From Heptranchias perlo (taxonomy: Eukaryota): a DNA stretch of 64,000 nucleotides. The stretch lies in the NCBI RefSeq assembly GCF_035084215.1, contig NC_090352.1, forward strand, positions 26,412,001 to 26,476,000. The letters are read 5' to 3'. Position numbers and translations under genes: made by a program. The notes below the pieces were generated by a model. That model searched no databases. It was not told where the DNA came from and saw only the letters and a program-made list of their open reading frames with translations. Of this stretch, positions 1 through 11,187 are shown piece by piece (the first letter of the stretch is position 1; each line of letters begins with the position of its first letter).

Positions 1-73
1 GAAACTTTTGGTTTTGTTTACTGTCCTTTTTTTACTGAATACCACAAAAAAAGCAAATATTGTTTTATTGCAG

Positions 74-192
74 ATTACTGTTTATGATCAAGAAAACTTC
101 CAGGGCAAGAGGATGGAATTTACTGCATCTTGCAAGAATATTATGGATTGTGGTTTTGACAATATTCGATCTTTCAAAGTCGATTGTGGAGC
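74..192 (+). CDS. CRYBA1: Beta-crystallin A1/A3, internal exon (Greek key motif 1)
   Basis: ttgcag|ATT...GGAGC|gtgagt, 119 nt. Translates [40 protein letters not shown], a typical beta-crystallin motif. Earlier exons lie upstream of the window. Confidence 0.93.
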
Positions 193-546
193 GTGAGTAA
201 ACACCCTTTACATATTTTTGCAACAAAAAACCCAGCCCTGACAGTTACTGTCAAACATATTCCAAAGCAAACCTTATCAAACTTAATCGAAATGCAATCG
301 TGGATTTTTTTTAAATTCCACGGTCATTTGCAAATCAAAGTAAACAATTCGGAGAAATGCATTTTTAAAAATGTTTTCACCCTTACACACTTTAATACAA
401 ATCAGTATTGTTGATGTTCATTTGCTCTCTTGGTTAATTTAGATACTGACATCAAAGGAGAGAATTAGATCAGCATCAAATATGTTAATTACCTAAAATT
501 AGTACAAATGCATTTTAGGGTGCAGTTACAGTGCTACCTTTGCTTT

Positions 547-669
547 GATGATGTGGAGATGCCGGTGATGGACTGGGGTTGACAATTGTAAACAATTTTA
601 CAACACCAAGTTATAGTCCAGCAATTTTATTTTAAATTCACAAGCTTTCGGAGACTTCCTCCTTCCTCA
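547..669 (-). mobile_element. Penelope-like element terminal fragment with truncated hammerhead core
   Basis: Reverse complement of the unit seen at 16217, 25065 and 34869 (tgaggaaggaggaagtctccgaaagcttgtgaatttaaaataaaattgctggactataacttggtgttg...). Confidence 0.7.
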
Positions 670-969
670 CATCAGGAATCCCATAAAAACAATTTATGGT
701 TTGTTTCCCCTCAAATGTTTTGATTCAAACCAGCATTCTGTGCCTTCTCTACGAAGTAAATCAGATTTCAAAACTAGTTTGCACAACATGCACATCCCAT
801 ACATGAATGTGTGTGGGTCACATCAACCTTCATGGTATGTGCTTGTCGTGGGGCCTGAAACTGGCTTTCCCATTCCAAAAAAATATAAAAGAGCTAAGTG
901 ACAGGATAACTCTGGTCTGTGAACCCACTGCATGCACACATGCCCTAATCTCAGGATAGTACAGTTTGG

Positions 970-1570
970 AGTTTCCTCCTTGAGTGTAACCCGGAAGATA
1001 GACCTGAAAATGCGCCCAATGTTGCGCAGAATTTGCTGATGTCAAGTTACACCCAAGTATCCTCCCAATCTCATTAGAATACGCCCAAACTTAAAATAGC
1101 CGTAAATGGGCATAAAACAGCGTAAACAATCGGGACCCAAGGAAACGCCGAATCCACACCAGTATATTTCTTCTTTGAGTCTTAAAATTTAAGTTTCAAC
1201 TCATTTAACCATCATTCATGCACATCAGGCTCAGCATGTTTAGGAACCTTCAAATCAGGGAAGCTTTTTAATTTTTAATGTGATTTATATTTATGTAATA
1301 AAAGTGCATTAAAAGAAATAGAAAATACAGATCTCAGTGAGGATAAAGTTCTTCAAAAAAAGCTCAAAAAATTACAATTGAAAGGCCAGTAAAATTACTT
1401 TGTTGGGTGGAGATTTGTTCGGATGGAGGGTTTGATGGACGGACGTAAAAGATCAAGGAAATTTGAGTGTAGTGTGACTCACTTACGCCCAAAATTCTGC
1501 ATTCTTTAAAGGTATGTAATTTGCGCACAGATTATGGGTGTATCTGAGTGCAAATGCGGAGGAAATTGAA
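970..1570. mobile_element. Probable non-autonomous DNA transposon (MITE-like)
   Basis: Imperfect inverted termini (tttcctcc...ggaggaaa; tgcgcagaattt / aatttgcgca) and no ORF. Boundaries approximate. Confidence 0.35.
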
Positions 1571-1726
1571 AGCCTATGTGCAGTAATAATTTATTGCCAA
1601 AGCAGTGGGCAGACTCACTCGGTAGCTACAGTTTTAGGGCTCAGTTGGGTAATGGTTTCAGACTGAGGCAGGAGCATGTGACATATATTCTGGATGGCAG
1701 GAAGCACTAGCCAATAGACTAAAAGA

Positions 1727-1756
1727 CTCAGATTGCATACTCAGATTGCATACTCC
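1727..1756. repeat. Short tandem duplication (actcagattgcat) x2.3
   Basis: Direct 13-bp repeat visible in the sequence. Confidence 0.7.
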
Positions 1757-2110
1757 AGTCTTTCAGAGGAATTATTGTGAGAACAGGTCTGCAATTTCAG
1801 ATCTTGCTTATCAAGGGGAGTCAATTGGTTCTAGATAGTTTAAGAGATGGAACCTCATTTTAACTATTGCTGCAAAGATTACTCAATACAAGATGTACTG
1901 CACCTCAGCAGTTGCTTCACAGCTCCCTCAGGTCAGTGCTTATATGCTTTATTGTGTAGGTACAGTGACTGTTCTGATGAGTGAATCAGCAAATGATTGC
2001 TAATAGATAATATGTGAGACTTACTTGAGTTTCTCAAATTTAAAATAGGGAGAGAGCTTAAATATATTTATTTTTGAGAAATTGACATGAAAGCAATTTT
2101 CTTCTTGTAG

Positions 2111-2252
2111 GTGGGCTGGTTATGAACACTCCAGCTTCTTTGGGCAACAATTTATCCTGGAAAAAGGAGAGTACCCCCGCTGGGATGCCTGGAGTGGCAG
2201 CAATGCTTACCACACCGAGAGACTCATGTCCTTCCGCCCCATTTGCTCTGCT
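2111..2252 (+). CDS. CRYBA1: Beta-crystallin A1/A3, exon (motif 2)
   Basis: ttgtag|G TGG...GCT|gtaagt, 142 nt, phase-compatible with the previous exon. Translates [47 protein letters not shown]. Confidence 0.95.
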
Positions 2253-2559
2253 GTAAGTTGGTTCACTATTCAATATCTGAAACTGACACTGCATATACTG
2301 CACATAATTGACAGTGCAACATATATTACAAAATAAGGTAATGTTACTGAATTAATCAGAAGTTTACACAGCTAATCTTTTTGGGACCTCGTTTCTATGC
2401 CAGTTTTTAGAAACTGTATTAGCACAAAGAGACTTAGAAAGGGATCTGGTAGTAATGGAAGAGTAATGTCATTATCAATATCTGGAGTAGCAAAGCAATT
2501 AAGAAAATTAACAGTGTTCAAATATACATCTAGAACAGAAGTCTGCAGCAGTTATGTTA

Positions 2560-2810
2560 AAGCTTTACAGTGCACTTGGCAGACTGCACTTGGGATATTG
2601 TATTTTGATGCAGTCATTATGCCTCAAAAATGTAATTGCATTAAAAGGAGAACAGGTGCAACAAGATTGGTCTCAAGTGTAAAGCAGTGTGTTATGAGGA
2701 AAGGTTAGAGAAGCTTAAGTTTTACATTCTAAAAATGGAGTTAAGGGATTGGTAACATTTATGACATATGCAAGATATTAAATGGAAGAGATAAAATATA
2801 TCGTGATTAC
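2560..2810 (+). mobile_element. Highly decayed CR1 LINE fragment
   Basis: Residual similarity to the CR1 RT C-terminus seen in younger copies in this window. Confidence 0.45.
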
Positions 2811-2901
2811 TACGTCAAAGTTGATTTTGTTTTGTCCACTTGCAAATATATTGCAGCAACTACAAATGTACTCAGAATGTATATGTATCATTTTCCTTTA
2901 G

Positions 2902-3044
2902 CACCATAAAGAGTCCAAAATTATCATTTTTGAGAAGGAAAACTTCATTGGTAGACAGTGGGAGATGTGTGATGACTATCCCTCTTTGCAAGCCATGGGC
3001 TGGTGCAACAACGAAGTTGGGTCCATGAAGATTCAGGCTGGCGC
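2902..3044 (+). CDS. CRYBA1: Beta-crystallin A1/A3, exon (motif 3)
   Basis: ctttag|CAC...GC|gtaagt, 143 nt. Translates [48 protein letters not shown]; [12 protein letters not shown] is characteristic of betaA1/A3. Confidence 0.95.
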
Positions 3045-3255
3045 GTAAGTTGTGCTTTCATGTTTAAAAAACAGTAAAGTCGGGTTATTGCAGTTTAAGG
3101 AAGAAAACTTAGCTGGATCTAGTAAAGACTTGTCCATCTAGTGGCATGTTAATCACATCAGGATTGTTGTTTCTGCTTCTAAAATAACAGTTTATCTTAG
3201 GCCTGAAGAAAATATCTTATTTGATCAATTCTAGCTAGTTTAAAAGTAACCAAAG

Positions 3256-3586
3256 CAGGGGTGTTCAAACTGTGCCTGTGGGCCCTGTGCGGCCCCTGGG
3301 CCCTGCCAATCCAGCCCTGGAAGTTCTGGCACTTGGTCCTATTTGCAGTAATATTTAATATGCCCTGGTTTGTCCTGTTTGAATTTTGAGAGTCTGGAAG
3401 TTTAAGGGTTGTTTTTAGTACTGTTGCTTCATTGGTGGATAAATGCTGAATCAGAACACCACAATCTGTTGCTATTAGCAATTTGGGATATATGCAAATT
3501 ATGGGAGCATGGATTTAAACTTCATACACGGCCCCTGTGCCTCCATGGTATGCACCTATGCAAACCACAAAGCTTGGACACTCTTA
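3256..3586. mobile_element. Degenerate hAT-like MITE
   Basis: Starts caggggtgttcaaact and ends agcttggacactctta (about 11/16 inverted match); a CAGGGGTG-type terminus is typical of hAT non-autonomous elements. Confidence 0.4.
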
Positions 3587-3808
3587 CTTTAAAGTGACGT
3601 CTGATGACACCTCTAGCAGACAGAGAATGCATCGACCCAGTTCTTATACCCGCCCTTTCAGCCTTACTTAATCAGTCCTTTGCAATCATATAAAACTCAG
3701 GCACTAATTTATATTGTGTTTTTATTTAATACATTGAACTGCATTAATATTTAAATCATACTTGTGAAACTTAACATGGATTCAAAGTATGCTCTTTTCC
3801 TGCCCTAG

Positions 3809-3956
3809 ATGGGTGTGCTACCAGTACCCAGGATACCGTGGCTTCCAGTACATCATGGAATGTGATCGTCATGCTGGAGAATACAAGCACTGGAGAGAGT
3901 GGGGATCCCATGCCCAGACCTTCCAGATCCAGTCACTCCGCCGCATTCAGCAGTAA
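3809..3956 (+). CDS. CRYBA1: Beta-crystallin A1/A3, terminal coding exon (motif 4)
   Basis: ccctag|A TGG..., translates [48 protein letters not shown], stop TAA at 3954-3956. Confidence 0.95.
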
Positions 3957-4108
3957 ACCTTTTTCCCACACGTCAACAGAGCATCAGAGAGGGGCTGCAG
4001 AGGAAACCTATAGGTATTCGTGGTACTGCATTCTGTTGTACAACAACACCTGTGTACTGTGATTGATTTAACATCTCATCGCAATAACTTGGATTATTGA
4101 AATATTCA

Positions 4109-4114
4109 AATAAA
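4109..4114 (+). terminator. Likely polyadenylation signal of CRYBA1
   Basis: First AATAAA, about 150 nt downstream of the stop codon. Confidence 0.6.
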
Positions 4115-4189
4115 ACTCTTAAAAATGTTTCCTGCATCCTTGTCTCAAGTTGTACATGACACATGAAAGCTTGCAGATGATACAAAACT

Positions 4190-5680
4190 CAGAAATGTAG
4201 TAAACAATGAGGAGGATAGAAATGGACTTCAGGATGACATAGATTGGTGAAATGGGCAGACACGTGATGAAATTTAACACAGAGAAGTGTGAAGTGATAC
4301 ATTATGGTGGGAAGAATGAGGAGAAGCAATATAAACTAAATGGCACGATTTTAAAGTGGGTACAGGAACAGAGAGACCTGGGGGTGTATATCCACAAATC
4401 TTTGAAGGTGGCAGGACAAGTTGAGAAGGCTGTTAAAAAAGCATACGGGATCCTTGGCTTTATAAATAGAGGCATAGGGTACAAAAGCAAGGAAGTTATA
4501 CTAAACCTTTATAAAACACTGGATAAGCCCCAGCTGCAGTATTGTGTCCAATTCTGGGCACCACACTTTAAGAAGGATGTCAAGACCTTACTGAGGGTGC
4601 AGAAGAAATTTACTAGAATGGTACCAGGGTTGAGGGACTTCAGTTACGTGGGGAGACTGAAGTAGTTGGGGTTGTTCTCCTTAGAGCAGAGAAGGTTAAG
4701 AGGAAAGATGATAGAGGTGTTCAAAAGAAAGTCAGAAAGATTTGCATTTATATAGCACCTTTCATGACCTTAGGACATCTCAAAGCACTTTACAGCCAAT
4801 GAAGTACTTTTTTGCAGTGTAGTCACTGTTGTAATGTAGGAAACGCGGCAGCCAATTTGCACACAGCAAGGTCCCACCAACAGCAATGTGATAATGACCA
4901 GATAATCTGTTTTAGTGGTGATGGATGAGGGATAAATATTGGCCAGGACACCAGGGAGAATTCCCCTGCTCTTCTTCAAAATAGTGCCATGGGATCTTTT
5001 ACATTCACCTGAGAGGGCAGACGGGGCCTCAGTTTTAACGTCGCTTCCAAAAGACAGCACCTCCGACAATACAGCACTCCCTCAGTACCGCACTGAAGTA
5101 TCAGCCTGGATTTTGTGCTCAAGTCCCTGGAATGGGATTTGAACCCACAACTTTCTGACTCAGAGGTGAGAGTGCTACCCACTGAGCCACAGCTGACACG
5201 GAAGGGTCTTGATCGAGTAAATATGGAAAAACTGTTTCCAGTGGCAGAGGGGTCAGTAACCAGAAGACACAAATTTAAGGTAATTGGCAAAAGAACCAGA
5301 GACGACATGAGGAAAAAACATTTTATGCAGCAAATTGTTATGATAGAGTCATAGAGTCATAGAGTTATACAGCACGGATAGAGGCCCATCGTGTCCGCGC
5401 CGGCCATCAGCCCTGTCTACTCTAATCCCATATTCCAGCATTTGGTCCGTAGCCTATAGAGTCATATGATCTGGAATGCACTGCCTGAAAGGATGGTGGA
5501 AGCAGATTCCATGGCAACTTTCAAAAGGGAATTGGATAAATACTTGAAGAGGAAAAATTTGTAGGGCTACGGGGAAAGAGCAGTAAGTATATTAGCGTGG
5601 GACTAATTGGACAGCTCTTCCAAAGAGCCGGCACAGGCACGATGGGCCGAATGGCCTCCTTCTGTGCTATATCATTCTAT
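4190..5680 (+). mobile_element. 5'-truncated CR1 LINE (RT C-terminus and 3' UTR), interrupted by a SINE and by a short inverted CR1 tail
   Basis: ORF 4252-4665 (KFNTEKCEVIHYG...YCVQFWAPH) and CR1 3' end ggccgaatggcctccttctgtgct...ttctatga. Confidence 0.9.
4726..5199 (-). mobile_element. tRNA-derived SINE (DeuSINE/SacSINE1-like), near full length
   Basis: On the - strand: A box TGGCTCAGTGG, B box GGTTCAAATCC, tail ...tataaatgcaaatctttc. The same family occurs at 8158, 28791, 61620 and 62650. Confidence 0.8.
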
Positions 5681-6073
5681 GAGCGATCACTTGTTCTAAA
5701 GTTTCAAAACTGCTTGACTGGAGAGACACATTAGACTTGTTTTCTACTAGATTATAATATACAGCAGACAAGCATAACAAGTTGCTGGCTTCTGGGCATT
5801 TGGCCATGAGGCTTAAAGCACATTAACCACTAGTGGATTATGTTCCCAGTATCACAAACATCTTAGTTTTCCAACACATTGATAGTCTGTTTGTATTCGA
5901 TTTATGTTTTGCTTTTCGGTAAGATTCCAACAAACATATACATCCTGCTGCTTCAAATTGATTCAAAGTGGCAGCCTGCATGTTATCACATTGTTGGCCT
6001 ATTATATAAAGTACACGAGAGACAGAATTTGCCAGATGAAGATTGACTCATAGACTAACTTGTCATAAATTCA

Positions 6074-6366
6074 TTATAAATACATCCTGCGATTAGTGTT
6101 CACATAATGAAAATGTGCTCCATCACACAGAACTGGTTGAGCGCTCTTTCTTTTCCACATGGTTAAGGTGTCCAAGTGCCCTGGCCAGTTTGGGAGTTTA
6201 ATTCTGCTCAGACAACAGAAATCTTCTGCAAGTGCCAGCTGGAAATCACGAGACGATGACTGTCCCCAGTGATTGGCTGACAGCGTTTCACCCAGTAGCT
6301 CTCCAATATGAAGGATGGTATCCCCTTTGAAATAGCTCAAGCAATCAAGTGAAAATGTCGAAGACT
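6074..6366 (-). CDS. Uncharacterised class I SAM-methyltransferase-like protein, exon 4 (terminal)
   Basis: Acceptor ttttcttctgcag|AG, phase 1. Translates (E)SSTFSLDCLSYFKGDTILHIGELLGETLSANHWGQSSSRDFQLALAEDFCCLSRIKLPNWPGHLDTLTMWKRK...MYL then stop. Confidence 0.85.
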
Positions 6367-6926
6367 CTGCAGAAGAAAAACAATGTTGTCAAATGTTCTT
6401 TAAAAATACAGAACAACAAAAATTTCCACTACTTACAAATGAGCTCATGACTGTTAAGCACTTCGGCTAGTTACTCCTGTTAAATGTTTCTCGTCCCAAA
6501 TTACAGAGACTTGTGTTCTGTTATTTTAACAATTTGCTAAAATACAAAAAATTTAAAGTAATGAAACTACAACCCTTACTATTCAAATAATCTTACTTTG
6601 CATTTGAAATCAAGAAAGAAATTGTGCAACAAAAAATATAATTTCACTACTAAAATTCTTGGTAAATGCATTATACAAAACAGTTTCATCTTGCTATTTC
6701 TGATTCTTTAAGCTTCAATTAAACTTTAATTAGTTAATTGGTTTGAATTCTAGTAATGTACCAGCCAAACCCCACTTGAACCCTTTTGACTATTGTACTT
6801 AAGGTTAAGTCATTTTTCTCAGCGTGCCACTGGGAAGGAATAATAATTACTTTGAGCCAAAGAAAATTCTCCCTAGGAGTAGGAGTGTGAAGAACTGATT
6901 AGGTAGATGGGCCCTTCCTTTCTTAC

Positions 6927-6996
6927 CGTCTGTATCTGGCCAGGCCAGAAAAAGCACTCTATCAGGAAACTGTTCCAGGATTTCAGGGCCACTGGT
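6927..6996 (-). CDS. Uncharacterised methyltransferase-like protein, exon 3
   Basis: ctttag|ACC...GAC G|gtaaga, 70 nt. Translates TSGPEILEQFPDRVLFLAWPDTD (motif IV-like strand). Confidence 0.85.
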
Positions 6997-7546
6997 CTAA
7001 AGTTACAAAGCAAAGGTCATCTTTAATATTAAACGCTTTCTTCCCACTCATTATTATTTTTAAGTATTTGTAATAAGAGAACTTTAGTCACCTGACAATT
7101 TTAAACATCTATAGACTGCAAACTTTGACCAATACTGTTATATTAGTCAAATTTTGCTTGGTGATACAGTACACTATTTGTACAATTCAACTACTCTAAT
7201 ATTTAAGTCATATTTACAAAACTTCATATGGAGTCAAAGTTCATTTATATTTATTATTCTCTTTTCCTTCCCAGATCATCTACAATTTACATATTCTACA
7301 TTCGCCATTTAATTGAATTGAAACTTTAAAAGTAATTAGTTAACAAAGAAAGGCTGCATTTACATAGCACTTTTCATGTCCTCAGGGCATCGTAAAGGCA
7401 ATGAATCATGAATTTTGAAGTGTACTCGCTTTTTGGCAAATGATGTTGACCTTTCATCATTTCCGGCTTGACACAGCACTCTGGCTTGTTACAATGTTCA
7501 TTTTTTCCTTATTGGAGCTCCAACTTCAAAATGACTGTGCAATGAC

Positions 7547-7660
7547 CTGCAGCGGTTCAAGAAGGCGGCTCACCACCACCTTCTCGAGGGCAATTAGGGA
7601 TGGGCAATAAATGCCGGCCTCGCCAGCGACGCCCACATCCCATGAACGAATTAAAAAAAA
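7547..7660 (+). mobile_element. 3' end of second LINE family (CR1/L2 superclade) with poly(A)
   Basis: ctgcagcggttcaagaaggcggctcaccaccac...catcccatgaacgaattaaaaaaaa, matching the ends of longer copies at 33785 and 60140. Confidence 0.8.
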
Positions 7661-8157
7661 CTATACATTTCTCTCTGTCTTAGAACTCAACTCCATACTC
7701 TGTTCAGTGACAATTGTATTCTAACTGGGAAATGGGATGTGACTTGAATAATGCTGTACATAAAACTGTGTGCAGACACTAGCTGCAGAACAGTTTTTGT
7801 GGAAACTCAATGAGACCAGAGCAGCGGATTTTGAAGTCACTGAATACAAACAAAAAACGTTATAAAAAATATAATTTTATACTACACTTTTATGGTCAGG
7901 AATCCTACTTCCCACCAATGAAGCTTTGGATCAAGCCACAAAGAGATATGGGAAGTGGCCCAGGTTGCAGGCAAAGATCATAGCTAGCATTCAACCATAA
8001 AGTGCCAGCTTGCTGGAACACTGCAAGACCCAGCTGAAGATTTGTCAGTGAATTTGCACTAAGGACACCTGCTTGATCCATTTTTTTGGGGTTGTTGGGA
8101 CTTCATCACTGGCCTTTCACAGACTAGTAGTTTTATTATTTCACTCTATTTAAACAA

Positions 8158-8537
8158 AGAAAAAGAAAGACCTGCATTTATATAGCACCTTTCACGACTT
8201 CAGGATGTCCCAAAGTGCTTTACAGTCAATTAAGTACTTTTGAAGTGTAGTCACTGTGGCAATGTAGGAAACGTGGCAGACAATTTGCGCACAGCAAGGT
8301 CCCACAAACAGCAATGTGATAATGACCAGATAATCTGTCTTAGTGATGTTGGTTGAGGGATGAATATTGGCCAGGACATGAGGAGAGAACTCTCCTGCTC
8401 TTCTTCAAAATCGTGCAATGGGACCTTTTATGTGCACCTGAAACGGAAGACGAGGACTCAATTTAGCATCTCATCCGAAAGACAGTGCAGCGCTCCCTCA
8501 GTACTGCACTCGAGTGTGAGCCTAGATTTTGTGCTTT
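8158..8537 (-). mobile_element. DeuSINE-like SINE, 5'-truncated, in intron 2 of the methyltransferase-like gene
   Basis: Matches the body and tail of the 4726-5199 copy. Confidence 0.8.
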
Positions 8538-9073
8538 GTTCTTACTGCCGGCAAATTTCAGTGTATTCTTCTGTAAGTTCAACTTACTTGGGCCTTTTAT
8601 AACCAGTCTTAGCGAACTGTAAATATATAATTCACTTCATGTTTTCCAGTTTTGATAGGTTTATCGTAACGTGATCACTTTAGTAAAGAGCAAACATTCA
8701 AAATAAGTTATTATTGGGCACTACAAAGATCTGGATTAATGTACAGATCTGGTTGTAAAATGTAGGAAGGAAAGGTGGAAGTGAGAGCCTACAGGTGTAC
8801 TACCAGGAGACAGAGAAGCATTGAATTGGGAGACTGCAAGTGTACAGGCAGGATGTGGAGCAGAAGAGAGGTAAGATTGTAGAGATAAACACCACTGGAC
8901 ACAAATTAGTAAATTAGAAAAGAGAAAAAGGTTTGTTGATTACACAGCCCAGCTTGATAATTACGAGTCCAAAACTTTGCTGACCACATCCTGTTCCTCA
9001 TTAAGTCATAATCCTCCATCGTGCTGTCCTCACCAGCCTCTAATGGCTCTCTCTGTAAAAGAGTTGTACGTAC

Positions 9074-9178
9074 CAAAATATCCGAATATCGCATTTCTGG
9101 TGGATAAACAATATTTGTATCAAATGATATCAGATCTACTCCGTGCCTCTGAAGCAGATACTCCCAGTATCCTGTTCC
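9074..9178 (-). CDS. Uncharacterised methyltransferase-like protein, exon 2
   Basis: tttttatgtag|GGA...TTG|gtacgt, 105 nt, phase 0/0. Translates GTGYWEYLLQRHGVDLISFDTNIVYPPEMRYSDIL. Confidence 0.85.
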
Positions 9179-9239
9179 CTACATAAAAAATTCACAAGCA
9201 AGATTAAACATGACATGTTAAAATCATAAATAAGGTTCA

Positions 9240-10050
9240 GTCCTTCAACCATTTGATCTCATCCTTCCATATTATTAACCTTACCATTAAAGAGTATGGC
9301 TTTCCTTAAATTAATCCAGCATCCCAGCCTCAACCATCCTTTATGGCAATTTGTTTCAACAGTTGACCACCCTCTGTAAAGAAATACTTCCTGGTGTCTG
9401 TCCTAAACTCATCTTTTACAATCCTGAATCTGTGCCCTCTCTTAATCTGGTGCTCTGCCCGGAAAGTATTATTTGGATTTACTTTATCCCATTAGGAATC
9501 CTATACATCTATAAAGTTCCCACTGAGATTTTGGCTCACCTTGACAGTGGCTCCAGGGTCTGGATGGACCCCTGATTTCACAGTGATCAGAAGTGTATGC
9601 AGTAATCCAGATATAACCTCTACACATGGCACTGTACAACTTCAGCTTGACTTTTGGTGGTCTGAACTCAACTGATTTTGAAATATAACCCAGCATCCTA
9701 GTTACTTCTTTGTTGCTGCTTCACACTCTTCAGGCATCATGAGCAACTACCATGGTCTCCTTCAACTTCCCCCTTGGCAAGTTTTATTCCACACATGGAG
9801 CAAATGTGCCTCTTACCTTTACTTCCAACATGCGGCACCTTGCTTTTGTCCATATTGGATTTCATTGGTCACTAATCACCCTCGGTGCAAACTCCATTGA
9901 ATTCTTTGTGAATTCTTGGCTGCCTCCTGGGAGACCACTTAATCCCCCTCCCCAGCTTGGTGTCATCCACAAATGTAACTATCTTGTACTAAGATTGCAA
10001 TTTCAGATCATTTATGTATACCATGAACAGGAGAGATCACAACAAGAACG
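9240..10050 (-). mobile_element. Old decayed CR1 LINE fragment
   Basis: - strand remnants such as MLGYISKSVEFR...KLYSAM; boundaries approximate. Confidence 0.55.
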
Positions 10051-10229
10051 TTCCGAGCAGCCCATTCAATACTAATCAAATCCATGTCTTATCTTTTATC
10101 TTGGTTTGTAAGAGTCTCTCGGTCCACTTTATCATTTTGGAAGTTTAGCTTCACTATGTCATATGGCTTTCTTCCGAGCACTTCGAGATGTTATCGTCTC
10201 AAAATGCCTATGAAGTTGGTTATTAAAAT

Positions 10230-10450
10230 TTAAGAGATTTATTTCAGGCTTTTAAAATTAATAACGGTTTTGATAGATTGAATTATGGAAAAACTGTTTC
10301 CTCTAGTTGGGGAGTCAGTGACAAGGGCTTATCAATTTAAAATTGCCATTTAAGAGAGTGAGAAGGTAGGATGAATTTCTTTACAAAGAGGATTGTTGGA
10401 GCATGGAATGCTTTACCATGGTGAGTAATTGAGGCAGAAATCATTGCATA
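10230..10450 (+). mobile_element. CR1 3' fragment
   Basis: ...aaactgtttcctctagttggggagtcagtgacaaggg...tggaatgctttacc, similar to other CR1 copies here. Confidence 0.6.
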
Positions 10451-10878
10451 ATAATCAATGGCAGCAAGGGATGATTGTGGAGGAGCTGGAAGGCATTAAT
10501 GATCGTCCAGGAGTCCAATGGGAGTATGCTCAATCCATTCTAAACGTCAAAATTTAATGACATTTTCAAACTTCTCAGGATTTATGTCTAGGATTGTGAA
10601 ATTGCGACTTTCGCCAGTCAATTTTGATGCACCTTTTCCTGTGGTGCCCTTGGCATGCAGCTTATTTGCTATGCCTTAACCTAAGCCTGCTTTGAGTTGA
10701 TAAATTTAATTATATTACAGCCTATAGCCTTGGCAAGCAAGCAAATGATCTAGATATTGTACATGAGGTAAGTGACAGGGAGGGGGCGTATATCACTGAG
10801 CCCCAGGCTCAGTTGTTGTCAGTTGATGTACCAGCAATAATAACAACACGATCATGTTCCAATTTAAACATTACTTAC

Positions 10879-11187
10879 AGCACCAGCTGAAACCACAGGT
10901 TGCTTTAAATCTGCAATAAAGGTAATTGCTTCTAGATTTGGAATAGAAAAAGAAAATAATATTTGCAGTTTTTGGCAACTCAATTCATCGATATCCCTCA
11001 GTAGGTGAACCAGCTCTCTTCTTCGTCTATGCTGTAACTGAGGGTCGCAAAACCTGTGAATGTCTGTTGGAAACTGCTCCATTTTCATGCAATACATTTT
11101 GTAATACAGATTTTCACCTCCACACTTTCTCTGTTCGACTGTTTGCCATTGTATTGCATCACTACCACCTAACTCAGCATTCTCCAT
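10879..11187 (-). CDS. Uncharacterised methyltransferase-like protein, first coding exon
   Basis: ATG at 11187 with an in-frame stop upstream. Ends ...FSFSIPNLEAITFIADLKQPVVSAGA|gtaagt and joins exon 2 to form the glycine-rich loop SAGAGTG. Confidence 0.8.

Noticed and set aside
547-669. Recurring unit of about 100 bp as a possible CRISPR-like repeat
   Set aside because: Eukaryotic DNA; the copies are dispersed, have TSDs and no spacers, and link to the Penelope endonuclease C-terminus.
2058-2303. 81-aa - strand ORF
   Set aside because: Antisense shadow of the CRYBA1 exon at 2111-2252.
3838-4062. 74-aa + strand ORF (MASSTSW...)
   Set aside because: Wrong reading frame over the last CRYBA1 exon.
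5125-5199. tRNA-like sequence with A and B boxes
   Set aside because: It is the head of a SINE, with no complete cloverleaf.
8906-9073. Open-frame extension of methyltransferase exon 2 (VRTTLLQREP...)
   Set aside because: It begins at a good donor (gtacgt), and splicing to 6996 restores the motif order, so the extension is most likely intronic.
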